Assembly: GCA_013239625.1 (NCBI GenBank)
Contig: MU054212.1
Coordinates: 3,286,001-3,350,000, forward strand
Source of the DNA: Lama guanicoe
Lineage: Eukaryota
Length of the DNA: 64,000 nt
Reading direction: 5' to 3'
Part shown: positions 26,483-38,949 of the stretch, in pieces
How the letters are laid out: each line of letters begins with the position of its first letter
Numbering within the stretch: the first letter of the stretch is position 1
The notes under the pieces: model-generated
The model's input: the letters and a program-made list of their open reading frames with translations, nothing else
Database searches by the model: none
What the model was told of the DNA's origin: nothing
Made by a program: the position numbers and the translations under genes

Positions 26483-26932
26483 TATGTAAAGGTAGTAAGG
26501 AATTGCTACACCAACTGGAGCAGCAACACAAAAATTAAAAAGGAATTGAAAGAGAGAGTTTGCTGTATATTCACCTCCTTTCAGGCCTATGCCCAGTGCT
26601 TAGCGAACACATCAAGGGCAGGATAAATGCTCCACGTCTGTGGAGACAAAGTCTCCACAAACAGTCCTTACTGCCCAAGAAGGCTAAAGGGCTACTTCCC
26701 CAAGATGACAAAAATTCCAAGTGTGGCCCCAAGGGACCAAGCAAATGCTCACCAGAAATGTACACCCAGCCTTTCTTTGGGGAGCTGGGGGTTTTCGTTT
26801 GTGTCTCATGTTTTATGTTGCTGGAAGTATGGTGATTTTCCAGGTATCCACAGACATCACAGCTTATTTAACTGAAAATGACCATTATAATTAAAAATTG
26901 GAAAAAAAAAAAAAAAGAAGTTGCGGTGTTAC

Positions 26933-27053
26933 CTGTGCGCTGTTCTTCAAACCAGACTTGCAGGTACATGAAGAGGAGCAGCCCTGCGACCCCAAACATG
27001 AGCACTGACAGGAAGACTTGTCTGGGGGTCATGACCACTTCAGAAGGCTGCAT
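26933..27053 (-). CDS. CHST9: CHST9 first coding segment (exon 2, 121 coding nt, phase-1 donor): cytoplasmic tail, transmembrane anchor and start of stem
   Basis: Translates as [40 protein letters not shown](G), which closely matches the human CHST9 N-terminus as I recall it ([41 protein letters not shown]). Similarity stops exactly at a CAG|GTAACA donor (GT at 26932-26931). Confidence 0.95.
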
Positions 27054-27142
27054 CTCTCCTCATTTCTGAAGACCGCAGGATTTGGTTTTCCGCAGACCTT
27101 CAGCCCTTGCTTTTTCTCTGAGGCACCATTCCATGCAGTAAC
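26933..27142 (-). other. CHST9: CHST9 exon 2 (210 nt; 89 nt 5'UTR plus 121 nt CDS)
   Basis: Minus-strand acceptor ttttttttttaaattctag|GTTACTG (AG at 27144-27143, T-rich tract upstream) and donor ACAG|gtaaca. Confidence 0.85.
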
Positions 27143-30100
27143 CTAGAATTTAAAAAAAAAATCCATACTGTACCTTGCTGATGACATTTCTTCCCAAATA
27201 TGGTATAAATACGCAGTATGTCAACAAAACTGAGGATTTACATGAACTTTAACACTCTTCAGACAGAAGGGACTGTGGCTGATGTCCCTGGAAAGGCAAT
27301 TTTCTGTTGTTACCTTTATCTTATCTAAGGAATGTGCTATCCTGCAGTTAATAAGTAACAGCCTAACATTTAATTGGGTAAAGCACGCCCAGGCTTCAGC
27401 TCTCCTATATTGTAAAGTCGAGTTCAGGTTACCTTAAAATGGTTGTGAGGGCAAAAAAGACTCTTAGAATAGACTGCTGAAGATGGAATTTTGAAAAGCA
27501 TGTTCATGGAAAAAAGGGGAGAAAAAAACCACTTCATGGTTTAGAAACATATAAAATTTAAAAACATAGGGTTCAATCCTTATTTCCCTCTCCTGTAAAA
27601 GTAATAGGTTTCTCCAACTTAAACAGTACCCTCGAAATCCCTCAGAGGCATAGAAGGATAAAGATGAAAAGGTCAAGGTTCAAAGGCCTCTTCCAAAATA
27701 ACCTGGGAGTAGAGAAATCTACGTTAGATTACAGAAATTGACTTCAGTGATAAAAGATTACTTTATTTAAAGAAATACTGACATGACATTGTTTAAGAAT
27801 GACCTCATTTAGTGGAATCTTAACTTTATATATATATATATTTTTTTTAAGCTCCATCCACTTCTGAGAATTTAATTAAGATGTAAACCCTCTTCTCAGA
27901 CAAATATAAACACACACAAAGCCTTGTGTAAAATGTCAGTCTGTACGTACCCTTACTGAAACCCAAGTTAAGAAGCCTTGCTCCCCGAGAACTGCTGTGC
28001 AGATACGCAGTAGCTTGCGTGGTGAGCTCACCTAGTTAGCAGACAGCTAATGAGGCCAAGGTCATGGCTTTGTGTCTGAGGCCCACCGAAGACTTTGGCT
28101 CTGTTCCTCGGCCACACCCCCTCTTGGGATGTGCTGAATAAATGGTTTCTCAGCATGAGGACATCACGCACACACTGCTGTGTCTAAAAATTCTCTCTCC
28201 TTTTTCTCCAAAACTGCCTCAAAAACTTCTGAAAGAATACTGATTTAGCCTTTGAAAAGATGTGTCTGGTGAGGCGCCAGGTGAAAGTTAGAAAGTGCTG
28301 TGGGAGATGGCGAGGCTGGTTAAAGGATAATATTAGCTATTCTTGGCAAAACCAACTCTCACACAGCTGCTAGGCTTCAGGGGTAACCTCTGAGATCAGA
28401 ATTAGACGTGGATGTGGTAGAACCATCTCCTGATTAGAAAAAAACGAGATCCACCCAACACGTTAAAGTGTTTATATGCAGAACAACCACAAAAAGACAT
28501 ATTATAAATACATTTTTTTCCTTCATATTTTAATTATTCCACGGAAGGGGCCAGATTAAGAGCAGTGACTGTCAGCATTACCTGAGGGGCTTCCTCGAAT
28601 CCACCTCTGAGTCCCTTGAGGAAGGGGCAATGGTTAACGTTTTCACAAGTGCCTTAGGGGATTTCGGCAGGAGAGGAAGTTTTTAAATAAGTAAAAGAAC
28701 TGAGGATATTAACATACTGCTCACTTGGTGGGTTATACTTTGCTTTTGTATCGATTCGAAACTGAAATATTATGGGCTTTCTAAACATAAGCAACCACGA
28801 ACAGCTCCCGAGGGAGATTTGCAGCTTGAGGTGTTCCAAGATAGAATCCCTCAAGGAAACTAGGAATAGAAGCCAGCTTTCTCTTTTCTTGATGCTTCAG
28901 TTAAACGAGGAACAGACATAATTCTCGGGCCCACAAGAAGATTCAGATAGGAGGAAACCAGTTAAACCAAATCTACTAGGAACAAAGAAATAGTTGTTTA
29001 CAAGAAAAAAAGAGACTCTTACAATCTGTCTACATAATTAAAACTTATCTGGGAAGAAAGAGGAGAGAAGAAAATCCATAAATCAGAACAGAGCCAAAGG
29101 CCTGTGGGAACGGTGGCTGTGAGAGCCAATGGAAGTCCTCCCTGGGGGTTCGCAGGGGAAAATTATTACCTACGACGCTGGAAGAAGATTAAGAATTTGC
29201 CCTTCCTTTCTTCGGGAGATGCGGCTCTCTGCTGACACATCCTCCTGGGTAAGAAGTCAGTAGAAAACCCATAATGGTTATTATGGCAGATGTGGGCAGA
29301 GCAGAGCGATGAAAGCCACAAGGCAGAAAGGCAATCTGGTGTAAAACGGAGAGGTACGTTTGATTTTCTCCCATCTCAGTCCATTAACCCAACATTGGCA
29401 TCAGGAAATGGCTCTCATTAAACAAAGGTGAGGCACGAGGAGCAGCAGTCTTGCTTTAAGCAAACCTGAAGGTTAGGTGTGATGGGAAAACACACCTATT
29501 TGGAGCCCAAACATCTACCACCACGCCTGCGGAAAAAGTGCAGACTACTGGAGACTGAAATTACTTGGAATAATGCTATTTTACGTACAAGCATCATACA
29601 ACATTTCCACGGTCAAAGGCTTCCTGTATTTTGTACAATCCTGCCTCTCCTCGCTCATACATACCGTCTACCTTGAACCTAACAGGTACTCAACAATGGG
29701 CTGCACTGAACTGAATTTGGGGCTCAATAACAAAATACAGGTAATTAATTTTCCAGTTGTATTTGTAAATCATTAGTTCTAAGCTACAAATGGAGAAATA
29801 TGGACTATTAAAATACTGAAAGGGTCTATGTGATTTTGTCAATAAATACTATTGCATTTACTTTTCCCTGCATATCCTATGGATTAATTCCTAATAATTA
29901 CAAAAATATAGAAATAATTATTTCACTCCATTATCTCTTTCCCAACACCTTAAAAGTCATTCTTTCAAATGACCCTGGCTACCAAAAGAAGCATTTGGGG
30001 ACTTAGTATAGTGATAGATTCCAGGAGGGAGGCAGTTTATTTAAGAGGAAATTTTGAGTTGTCCAGTTTGCCAGAAGCCTACAATTTTAAAGGAGGGAGG

Positions 30101-30669
30101 TATGGAGTTTGAGAAAGGTTTGGATCTAATTATGCAGTTTTGGTGGGAGAAAACCCCCAGAGTCAGGGGGACCCCCATCCCTCCCCACAAGCTCAGCAGG
30201 ACCTCAGCAGTCCTTGCCTCCTGCCTCCCTCCATAGCAGCTGCACCACACTACTCTTTCCCACTCTCTGAGCAAACAGACCAACAGGGACAAACTCCCTC
30301 AATTTACTACCACCCCTCGCAAAGTTTACTGTCCTCTGGCTCCATCCTCATCTCTTTGTCTCTATTTCTGACGAACAAGAGCCCTCACTCTATCCTCCAT
30401 CTCTTGCGGGCTGCTGTGAAACGCGGCTACATCACCTTGCCCAGCCCAGGCTGGGTCTCCTTCTGAACCTCTTCACCCAGTGACTTGTTCCTCTGAAACC
30501 TCTCCAGCCGTTACCCCACTGCTGTCATTCCCACGCAAGCCTCACCACAGAGTACTCTGCCCAGAGTGCCTCAGTGCCTACTTCCCAGCCTTTTCTCAAC
30601 CCACAGCTGCCCAGGAAGCTGGAGAAGATGAGTGAGGTGCAGAAGTTGTGTAGGGATGGAAAATTTATA

Positions 30670-32300
30670 ATAACTTGGGGTTTTGCTTTCCTTTTTTTGC
30701 TATTCTAGTTCCTCTTCTATGAGTTTCCTGTTTATACCCCTTTCTCATTTTTCTTATTGATCTGCCTAGTTCTTCATGCATTTTAGGTGGTAATTCTTTA
30801 TCAGTTAGGAGCATTACAAAAATCTTCCTGTCCGTGACTTTTTTCTTTCTTCCCTCTCCCTCCCTCCCTTCCTCCCTTCTTTCCTCCCTACCTCCCGCCT
30901 TTTGCTGGTGGTGTGGTTGTTTTACTATGCAGAAGTTTAAAATCAATTTTTATCATTCTTTTCCTTACTGATTTATAGTCTTGAAAGAAAACCACATGAT
31001 GTATTCAGAGTCAGGAAATTGGGGAGAGTGTAATAAAGGGGGCAATTTACAAAGATGTGTTCGGGGTTTCGAGAAACCAACAAGGGGTAGGGCAGTCCCC
31101 AAGGAAAAGTATCGGCAACCACTCCTAGAAGTGAAGACAGGAAGCAGAGAGCTATTCCTGAGCCTGAGAGGGGGCTGGAGGCAGGCGCATGGCTGACGGG
31201 AGATGCAGCCTGCCGAACAAGCACAACCCGCTGGAGCCAGGTGTTCAGGGGACCGGCTTCCTTAACTTCCTCCTGTCCTGACACTTCCTGCCAGTGACCC
31301 ACTTGGCAAAGCCAACCCAAAGCTTGAGGACAGGAGAGCTTTTTTATGTAACACATTCCCGTGAGCCTCCCAAACCACAGGGAAGAGAGGGGATGGGGGA
31401 CGGCGTTCTTTACAAATGTTCTCAGGTAATATTCCTCACCTTCAAATAACACCGGCATTCTTTCATATTTCCTTTCAGAGGTTTTAAAGTTCTACTCTCC
31501 ATATTGGGAATGTGAATCCACCTGGAATGCTTTTGTGTGCACGTGGGCTGTTTATTTCACACGGACAACAACAGTCCAACTCTATTTACTGAGTGGTTTA
31601 TTATTTTACTATTGATTGTTAATGCTGATTTTGTTATAGTCCAAGTTCCTGTGTATGCTTGTACAAACATCTGCGCCTATCTTTGAGGAGTGGAAAATGA
31701 ATCTGATTACTGATCTAATTTTGTTAACGGTTATGCGTTTATTCATTTTGCTTTTTTGAGTCAGCTGTAGAAAATTATATTGCCTACACAATTATCATTT
31801 CCTTTTCACATCCAAATTTATAAGCACAGGGTTGTTAACAGGATTTTCGTATGATTTTAAAGATCTCTTTCATAGTTGTAAATATAGCCCCCTTTTCATT
31901 CTCAGTATATGTGTTTGTGACTTTTCTCTTATTTTCTTTGAACATTCTTATTAGAAGTTGTCTGTTTTATTTTAAAGTATACTGTAATTCCTCTCTATTG
32001 CTTTTTCTATGTTTGTTTTTATTCTCTCTTATTGATTCTTCTTTTATCTTCATTTCTTTCTTCATTCTGGTTTTTTTTTCCTTTAGGGGTATCTGTTGTT
32101 TTTTTCCCAATGGTTTTGAATTGTGAAAATTAATTCATGCATTTTAGATCTTTTTTATAAAACACATTTATGTAAGCCCACTAATTTCCTCCAAAATTAC
32201 TTTTGTGCCATATCACATGATTTTACATGTAGCATTGTCACCATCCAGTTCTAAATATTTTGTAATTTAAATCATCATAAATTTGTTTCTTATTTTTAAA
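30670..32300 (-). mobile_element. Ancient antisense L1 fragments, interrupted by an LTR at about 30985-31400
   Basis: T-rich antisense L1 ORF2-like text (cagaagtttaaaatc, ctctccatattgggaatgtgaatccacctggaat, ctatttactga). Confidence 0.55.
30985..31400 (-). mobile_element. ERVL LTR33-like relic
   Basis: ggagagtgtaataaagggggcaatttacaaagatgtg...ttcctgccagtgacccacttggcaaagccaaccc. Confidence 0.6.
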
Positions 32301-33829
32301 ATGGCTTTTCTCTTTCTTCTTCTTTTGTTTCCTAAAGTTATCGAATCCTCTCTGTTCTTCTTTATGCTTTCTTTGAATCTGTAGATTTCATTTGTTAGCT
32401 AAGCAGTACTTTAAATTAAAAAAGACTATCCTCTTAATAATAAATTTTTCTCACAAAGTTTATAGCTTTCACAGGAACTTCAGCATGCTTTAAATACTTG
32501 TTGAACTGTGTTTCCTCACTCTGATCATGCTTGAGATCTATTTAATTTCAACCATTCAAATAATACATTTATTATTAGTTATTAAAATAAACTTTTTGGT
32601 ATTCACCAATTTCTGTGTTCAGTGTTAATTAGCCTGTGTCAGACTTTCTACCCACAGAGCGGTAAAATAATACATTTTTGCTATCTAATCCACTAACTTT
32701 GCTATGATTTGCTATAGCAGCAAAGAAAATTAATAAAGTACATTTCTATTACAGAGTAACATGCTAAAGGAAGATCGTTTGTAAAATTACTATGAATGGG
32801 TAGTACTGATCTTTTCAAATAATTTTCACATGGTTTCTCAGGTCTAGTGTTTCATGGTCTATTCCTGTAACAGCTCCATTGTTCATCATATTTTGTCACA
32901 CGGAGCATAGAAACACATTCCTTTACTAGACACTAATTTGTAGGTACTTCCTTATGCATTTTGTTGCTTTGATTTCCTGTGTAATTTATTTTAACAGGTA
33001 CCTTCTACTTTTAGCTATTGTAATTAAATTTTAATTATAATTAAAGTTTTTAATAAGACAAGGCTTTGCCCTTAGAGTCTTTGTTTTAGAAGAAAAAGTT
33101 TTAAACTCATATTTGACATTTTAGTGTTCAGTGTAGAGTTTCTCGTTTTGTTTCTTTAAAGACTGCATAAGACTAAAACCAAGGGCCCTTGCAAACATTT
33201 GTCTGTATTAAAGATGGGAAAAAATAAAAACACCCATACAGATTGTTGTTGAATAGACTGTTCATCCCATTTCTCATTTTCACTTGTTTACTTGTTCCTC
33301 ATTCTAAAGATGTCTAAGTGTTAAATATGGATGACACAAAAATGGTGTTGGAGCATCCATCTGTTCAAGCACAGTCACAAGAACCTACAGCATGTATTTA
33401 CATGCCAGTCAGGAATCACCAGGATCACATTAAGGAACACGTAAGGCACTTACAGCATCAAATTCTACTTCATTAAAGAGTCCTGTGAAGACAGAGGGAG
33501 TCCTTGAAAAGTTTTTTGGAGTCCTGGGATTTGGGCACGGCGGTACAAGGAAACGGCGATTTGAGCGGTCATGTCTAAGACAACTTGAAGGCATTACTGG
33601 TGAGGGATTATGTCAGGTGAGATAAGTGAGGACTGCAGACTGGGTAAGGGGGTCAGCAAGTCCAGTGAAATGATGGAGTTTTAGTTACCATAATAATTAA
33701 CAGCACAACCTAAGAAGTGCTAAAGAAAAGACGGCTTCCAGTCCACGATTGGGACTGACTGTGGCGTAACCAATAGAAACGGGCAGGTTTCAAGTAAGAA
33801 GTGGAAGGAAAGGCTCTTCAAGTGGGTGT

Positions 33830-34770
33830 TGTGTTGCCTCCTTAACACCCATCCTGCTGCTCTGTGTGGAAGCCACACAGTTTAGAACGGACTGTCTCTA
33901 CCTCCAGCTCCAGCGATTGGCCCCCAATAGTGTAATTCTAACATGGTAATTAATCCTATGGTCAAAACAGTTGGTTCAGGAAAGGCCCCGAGTATCATTT
34001 TCCTGTAGCTGCCATAACAAGCTACTACAAATGTGGTCGCTTAAAACAACAAAAATTTCTTCTTTCGCAATTCCAGAGGTCAGAAGTCCGAAATCAAGGT
34101 GCGGTCAGGGCCACATTCTGCCTGGAGGCTCTAGGGGAGAATCCTTTCTTGCCTCTTCTGATTTCTGGTGGCCCCAATCTCGGCTTCTAACTTCACATAG
34201 CCTTCTCCTCTGTGTATTTGATAAGGATATTTGCCCCTAGATTTGTGGACACCCCACCACCCCCCGATTATCCAGAATGAGCTTACCTCAAGATCCTGAA
34301 CATAATTACATCAGCAAAGATGTAATTCTTTTTCCAGGTAAGGTCACAGGTTCTGGGAGATACAGTGTGCACAGATCTTTTTTCGGATCACCATTCAACC
34401 ACTGAAACAGGCTTCGCCTGGCCACAGTGACTGTCTTGGGAGTGGCTTAATTATAATGAAGCTCAGTGCTATGGTTGGATGGTCAGGAGATGTGGTATTT
34501 CCTTCCGCTGTGAACGTGAATAAGGAAGCACACAGTTCCTGTTGTTGCTGGAAGGCTCCTGGCGACCCTGATGGAAGCCAGCCTAAAACTCAAGACAGCA
34601 CAGAGGAAGGCAAAACTGAAAACTTGCAGAGAAACAAGAAAAGCTCTGACTGACCCTGATGGGACTCACTCTGCTGCTGAATTTGTAAATTACAGGAGCC
34701 AATAAACTTCCTTTATTTTTCAATGTACTACAAAGCAACTGTAAGTACAGTGAGAGAGCTAAGGAATTAG
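33830..34770 (+). mobile_element. ERVL LTR16-like relic split by the MLT1 insertion
   Basis: ttggttcagga before the MLT1; cagaggaaggca...gagccaataaacttccttta after it. Confidence 0.5.
33990..34410 (-). mobile_element. MaLR LTR (MLT1B/C-like), nested in an older LTR
   Basis: gctgccataacaa...cttaaaacaac...ccagaggtcagaagtccgaaatcaaggtg...ggaggctctaggggagaatccttt, typical MLT1 reverse text. Confidence 0.85.
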
Positions 34771-35289
34771 CTATATTTTGGGTGTAGCGATTTTGGCAAG
34801 ATAACCAGAAACAAATGAAAACAGTAGTGCTAACATTTATTGAGCAGTTATATATTCCAGACACTATTCTGAGCTTTTATTTTGATTATTTAATTTAATT
34901 CTCACAAGTAACTCTACTGTCTTCCCAGTCAAGAAATCTGCAGGACTGGCTCATGTACCCACATGGTCTGAAGCAGAATTCAATTGAGAGATGAAGTGAC
35001 AGGTGTCAGAGGGAACAGACGACAGAGGACCCTGGGGTCAAACTATGGTGATTTCATTTGTCCTGTGGACACCAGGGACTGAAGCGCAGTTCTGAAGGGA
35101 GTCTGGAAGGATCAGGTTTGCACTGTGGGACAATCCCTTGGCGGGAGCTGGAGATGAGACTGAAGGTCAGGAAGAGGACAGCAGCTGGCAGGGAATCCCC
35201 AGGGCAGGGGTTGGGCTCGATTTTATTCCAATGCCCAAATCCTTCCATCCTTCCACTCATGCACACCCTCCTGTCTTTCATCACTGGAG

Positions 35290-35550
35290 GTGGTTTATCA
35301 CAGTGGTTAATTAAGTGTGAAGATCCTGCCGCCTGACTCTTGAGATCCAGTCACAGCTGGATGACTTAATGAGTTTTGTCACACAGCTGGAACCCCTGGA
35401 ACCCCTGCGTGCCTCAGTTTCCTTACATCTAAACTGAGGATAGTAAAAGTATTTACCTTGTTTGGTAAATGCTGTGAAGCAGGTCAATACATACAGGATA
35501 TTTAGAAGAATGCCTGGCCCATAGAACTTATGTACAATATTAAAATGTTA
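35290..35550 (+). mobile_element. MIR SINE
   Basis: cagtggttaa...gtgcctcagtttccttacatctaaactgaggatagtaa...aatgcctggcccatag. Confidence 0.7.
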
Positions 35551-35879
35551 ATATCTTTGTGTTTCAGCTGTCTAGCACAGGAGACGGCTATGTTGTAGTC
35601 AATCAATAGCTATCTGTTGAAAGGTCGAGTATTTTTACTTCAAAAGGCAGTCAGTCTGTTTTGACTGTGAAAAAGGTTTATTCTTTCAATTCACGCCAAC
35701 TCGACCCAATCAATGAACACCCATTAGGCTGGACGACGACTGCGGCTGGCGCCTGACACTGGAGGCGAAGCGGAAAGGAGTAGTGTTTAATCTCTGATCC
35801 TCCTCAGCGAGCATCTGAACCCAACTCTTCATAACTTGCACAAGTTGGTATCAGAAGAGCCTTCTAGAACAACTCATAA

Positions 35880-36140
35880 CAGATCTGTTCTCTCCTTTAC
35901 ATGACAGACTTTTCAATTATTGAAAACAATTATCCTGTCTACCCTTAATTCTTTTTTACTCCAAGATAAACAATAAACACGCACAATTCCTTCAGCCATT
36001 CCTAACGGGATACGATTTAGGAGTATTCAATCAATTTAATCATCCTCCTCGAGACACGTTCGTGTTTGTTAATGCTTTTCTTTAAATGCAAGGCTCAGAA
36101 GTAGACAGAATCATCTAAGCATGATTGAATGGATGAGAAT
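35880..36140 (-). mobile_element. CR1/L3 LINE fragment
   Basis: ttgaaaacaattatcctgtct...ctccaagataaacaat...aattccttcagccattcct...tttgttaatgcttttctttaaatgcaaggctcagaa, matching antisense L3 text as recalled. Confidence 0.65.
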
Positions 36141-37242
36141 CAGCACCCATAAAAATAATGTCTAAACTTGAGTGCCTTCACAGATAAAATGGGAGAATAA
36201 ACCAGGTTACAGGTTAGAGCCTTAGGGGCTTCCTTCAGTCCAAACGGGAGGAAAACAGAGAGACCTTCTTTAAAAAAAAGTCAAAGGGAAGGATTGTGAA
36301 GTGGGAAACATGCCATAAAGAACATGCAATTAAGAAACTAAGACAGGATATTATTACACGGCAGACAATAAATAAAACATTTGCTTAATAAATACATGCA
36401 GGGCAAGGATGCAAGAAATAGTAGGCATGAAGGTGAACGATGAAACATGGTCACCCCCAAAAGTGGAAAAAGAAGAGAACAGAAGAGATGATTATGTCAA
36501 CATGAAATTATTGAGAGAAGATCAAAGCAGACTGGAGGATTTTGAAAAGACAAATTCCAAGATAAGAATGTTCTAATCCAACCATTGTCTGAAGTGTCAG
36601 AAGAGAAAAAGGGGTATTTCCTGTAGTGCACAGTAGGGAAAGATACCTTTTATACATAAAAATATAATTCATATACCCTTGAACCTTAAATAATAATGAG
36701 GTACTCTGGGTACTATGTACACAAGCAATACACATTAATCTAAATTTTTGTTCTTTGTTTCAACGAGAGTCGGACATGAGTTTTTCACAGCAACTGAAAG
36801 AGGAAGTTGCTTTTCAGGGAGATAATCTAATATATATAGGAATTATAAAGTCTAGTGAGTTTGGTGGGGTATTATGACTGTGACATAATGCAAAAATGAG
36901 ATAATGCAGGAGAAAGTGAATGAGAGAGAGAGAGAGAGGGAGGGACAGTGAGCAAGAGAATTTTAAAAGCTTCCTAGCAATGTATTTGCTTCCAAAAGAC
37001 CTCAAAAAACAAACAAAACCCAGCATGCAATTAACTATTATGCAGATATAACACTGACATTATAGATAAATGATTAAAATTATACAAAAAGACCCATGAT
37101 ACCTTCTTAGGTGAAAAGGGCACAGGTTATAAAACCACTGGAACACGCAGTTTGCTAAATATTGTAGTTCAGCCCCTGGTCACAGGGTAGAATTGCATTC
37201 TGGCCCCTCTTATGATTGGTGGGGGCTGCGTGACTAGTTAAA

Positions 37243-37273
37243 AAAACAAACAAACAAACAAACAAACAAAAAC
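37243..37273 (+). repeat. (AAAC)n microsatellite
   Basis: Directly visible. Confidence 0.9.
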
Positions 37274-38302
37274 ATCCCTGCAGCAAGGACGAGGCCACAC
37301 ACAACAGAATGTCAGGACGTCATTTTGATCTTTCCACTTCTTAAGAGTAAGCAGTAGTTCAAATTAGAATGTGAGCTACAATATAAAACAGAACGGATCA
37401 AAGTGGTTTTGGAATGTTACTTTTTACAATATAACAGCAATATCTGTACTTAATTAACATCCAATAATTAAAACTACTTCTAGGACAACAAATTCCTGGG
37501 ACAAAGAATTTAGTCAAAAAGTTTGGCATTGCTCTACATTCAACAAATTGTCTTGATATATTTTCAAATTGGTATCTTACAGTGAGACAATAAAACATAG
37601 ACTGTTTTATTATTACTGTTGTTACTTGTTGTTAGCTAGATAAAATATCTCTTCTAGGTTGTCACCTACATATTACACTATTTCTAAATTCCCTCTCTGC
37701 TCATCACAGTAACAATGAAACCCTTGTAAAACTATCACATTTACAGGATATCCTGTTTCCTTATGCCAGATATGTTAGGCAGTTATTTATATGAATGATT
37801 AGCTAGACAGTCAATACCTATTTGGAATATTGATTTTTCCCTTTCATTATATATTATCTAGACATCTAATATGTTGCTACTGTATAATGTTTCTTAGAGT
37901 AAGGATAATACTGCTTTCCAAAAGATAGTAAAATTCTAGAGCTAACATAAAACTCTATAAAACACTAGAAATATGTGTATATTCAAAAATGATTTGTTTC
38001 TTACAGACAGTAAAGTTTGTGAGCCAGGCACTCAAGGCTGGCTTCAAGCAATCTCATGCAAATATTTATTAAATGCTATTATGTGCTCCCTCTCTTTGCT
38101 CGTTTCACATTCTAGCCCATCTGTGCTTCGCCTGCAACCATTTAACAGAGAAACAACACGAAATAAAACAGCAAAGGTGCTAATCTACAAATCTTGGTTT
38201 CAAAAAGAAAAATAAATTAAGCCTGCAAAAATATCTACTGACAAAAATCAGATTGTAAGCTCTTAAGGCATTTCCAAAGAATATACCACGAAACGGTGCT
38301 CA

Positions 38303-38426
38303 GGCAGAGGGCATACCTCAGCAGCAGAGTGCGTGCTTAGCACACAGGAGGTCCTGGGTTCAATCCCCAGCACCTCCATTAAAAATAAATAAATAAACCT
38401 AATTATCTCCCCCTCAATTAAAAAAA
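38303..38426 (+). mobile_element. tRNA-derived SINE (vic-1-like), copy 2
   Basis: Same head and body, B box GGTTCAATCCC, A tail, TSD aaacggtgctca (38291-38302) / aaacagtgctca (38427-38438). Confidence 0.9.
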
Positions 38427-38793
38427 AAACAGTGCTCATAATAAAATATCAAAGTAACTGCCATAGGGGAGTTGTTGAAATAAGTGTCGTTTTTATTGGG
38501 AGGGCTAAAATGATGCTAACAAAGGAAAGCCAGAATAATATATAACTCTGAAGATTAACATTCCACAAAAAAGGCAGGAAATACAACAAAACATATAAAA
38601 GAAAGGGTTCTGAGTCTGAAGGGTACCACAAGATTATGAATAACTAGTGATGCTTTTAATGCTATTATTATTATTAAACTAAACTAAACAAACAAAAAAA
38701 TTCAAAAGGTCTGTAATTTATACCCTTAGAGAGTTAAGAGAAAAGACCGGTTCCAACAAACAGGATCCTTTAATAAAAAGAAAGGAAATCAGA

Positions 38794-38866
38794 GCGCGTG
38801 CGCGCACGCGCGCGCGCGCACACACACACACGCGCACATGCGCGCACACACACACACACACACACA
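38794..38866 (+). repeat. Compound (CG)n/(CA)n microsatellite
   Basis: 73 nt of uninterrupted purine-pyrimidine alternation. Confidence 0.97.
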
Positions 38867-38949
38867 AAGGTCTTGCAAATGAAAAATATAACCAGAGTGA
38901 AAATTCAACATATAGGTTAGAAGACACACTAAGGCAACTTCTAAGAAGG

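Noticed and set aside
1..26860. Further CHST9 coding exons (stem region or sulfotransferase domain)
   Set aside because: I found no segment matching the downstream CHST9 sequence; the next exon probably lies beyond the left edge, though a short diverged exon could be missed by eye.
26868..26932. C-terminal part of the 61-aa ORF ([20 protein letters not shown])
   Set aside because: Read-through past the splice donor into intron 2; the poly-Phe comes from the T tract and is not part of canonical CHST9.
27137..27144. Exon 2 begins with GT (ag|GTTACT), suggesting a recursive splice site
   Set aside because: The reconstituted donor GAG|GTTACT is a very poor U1 match.
30973..31458. 161-aa minus-strand ORF
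   Set aside because: Overlaps an LTR33-like relic and shows no gag/pol/env or cellular similarity I can recognise.
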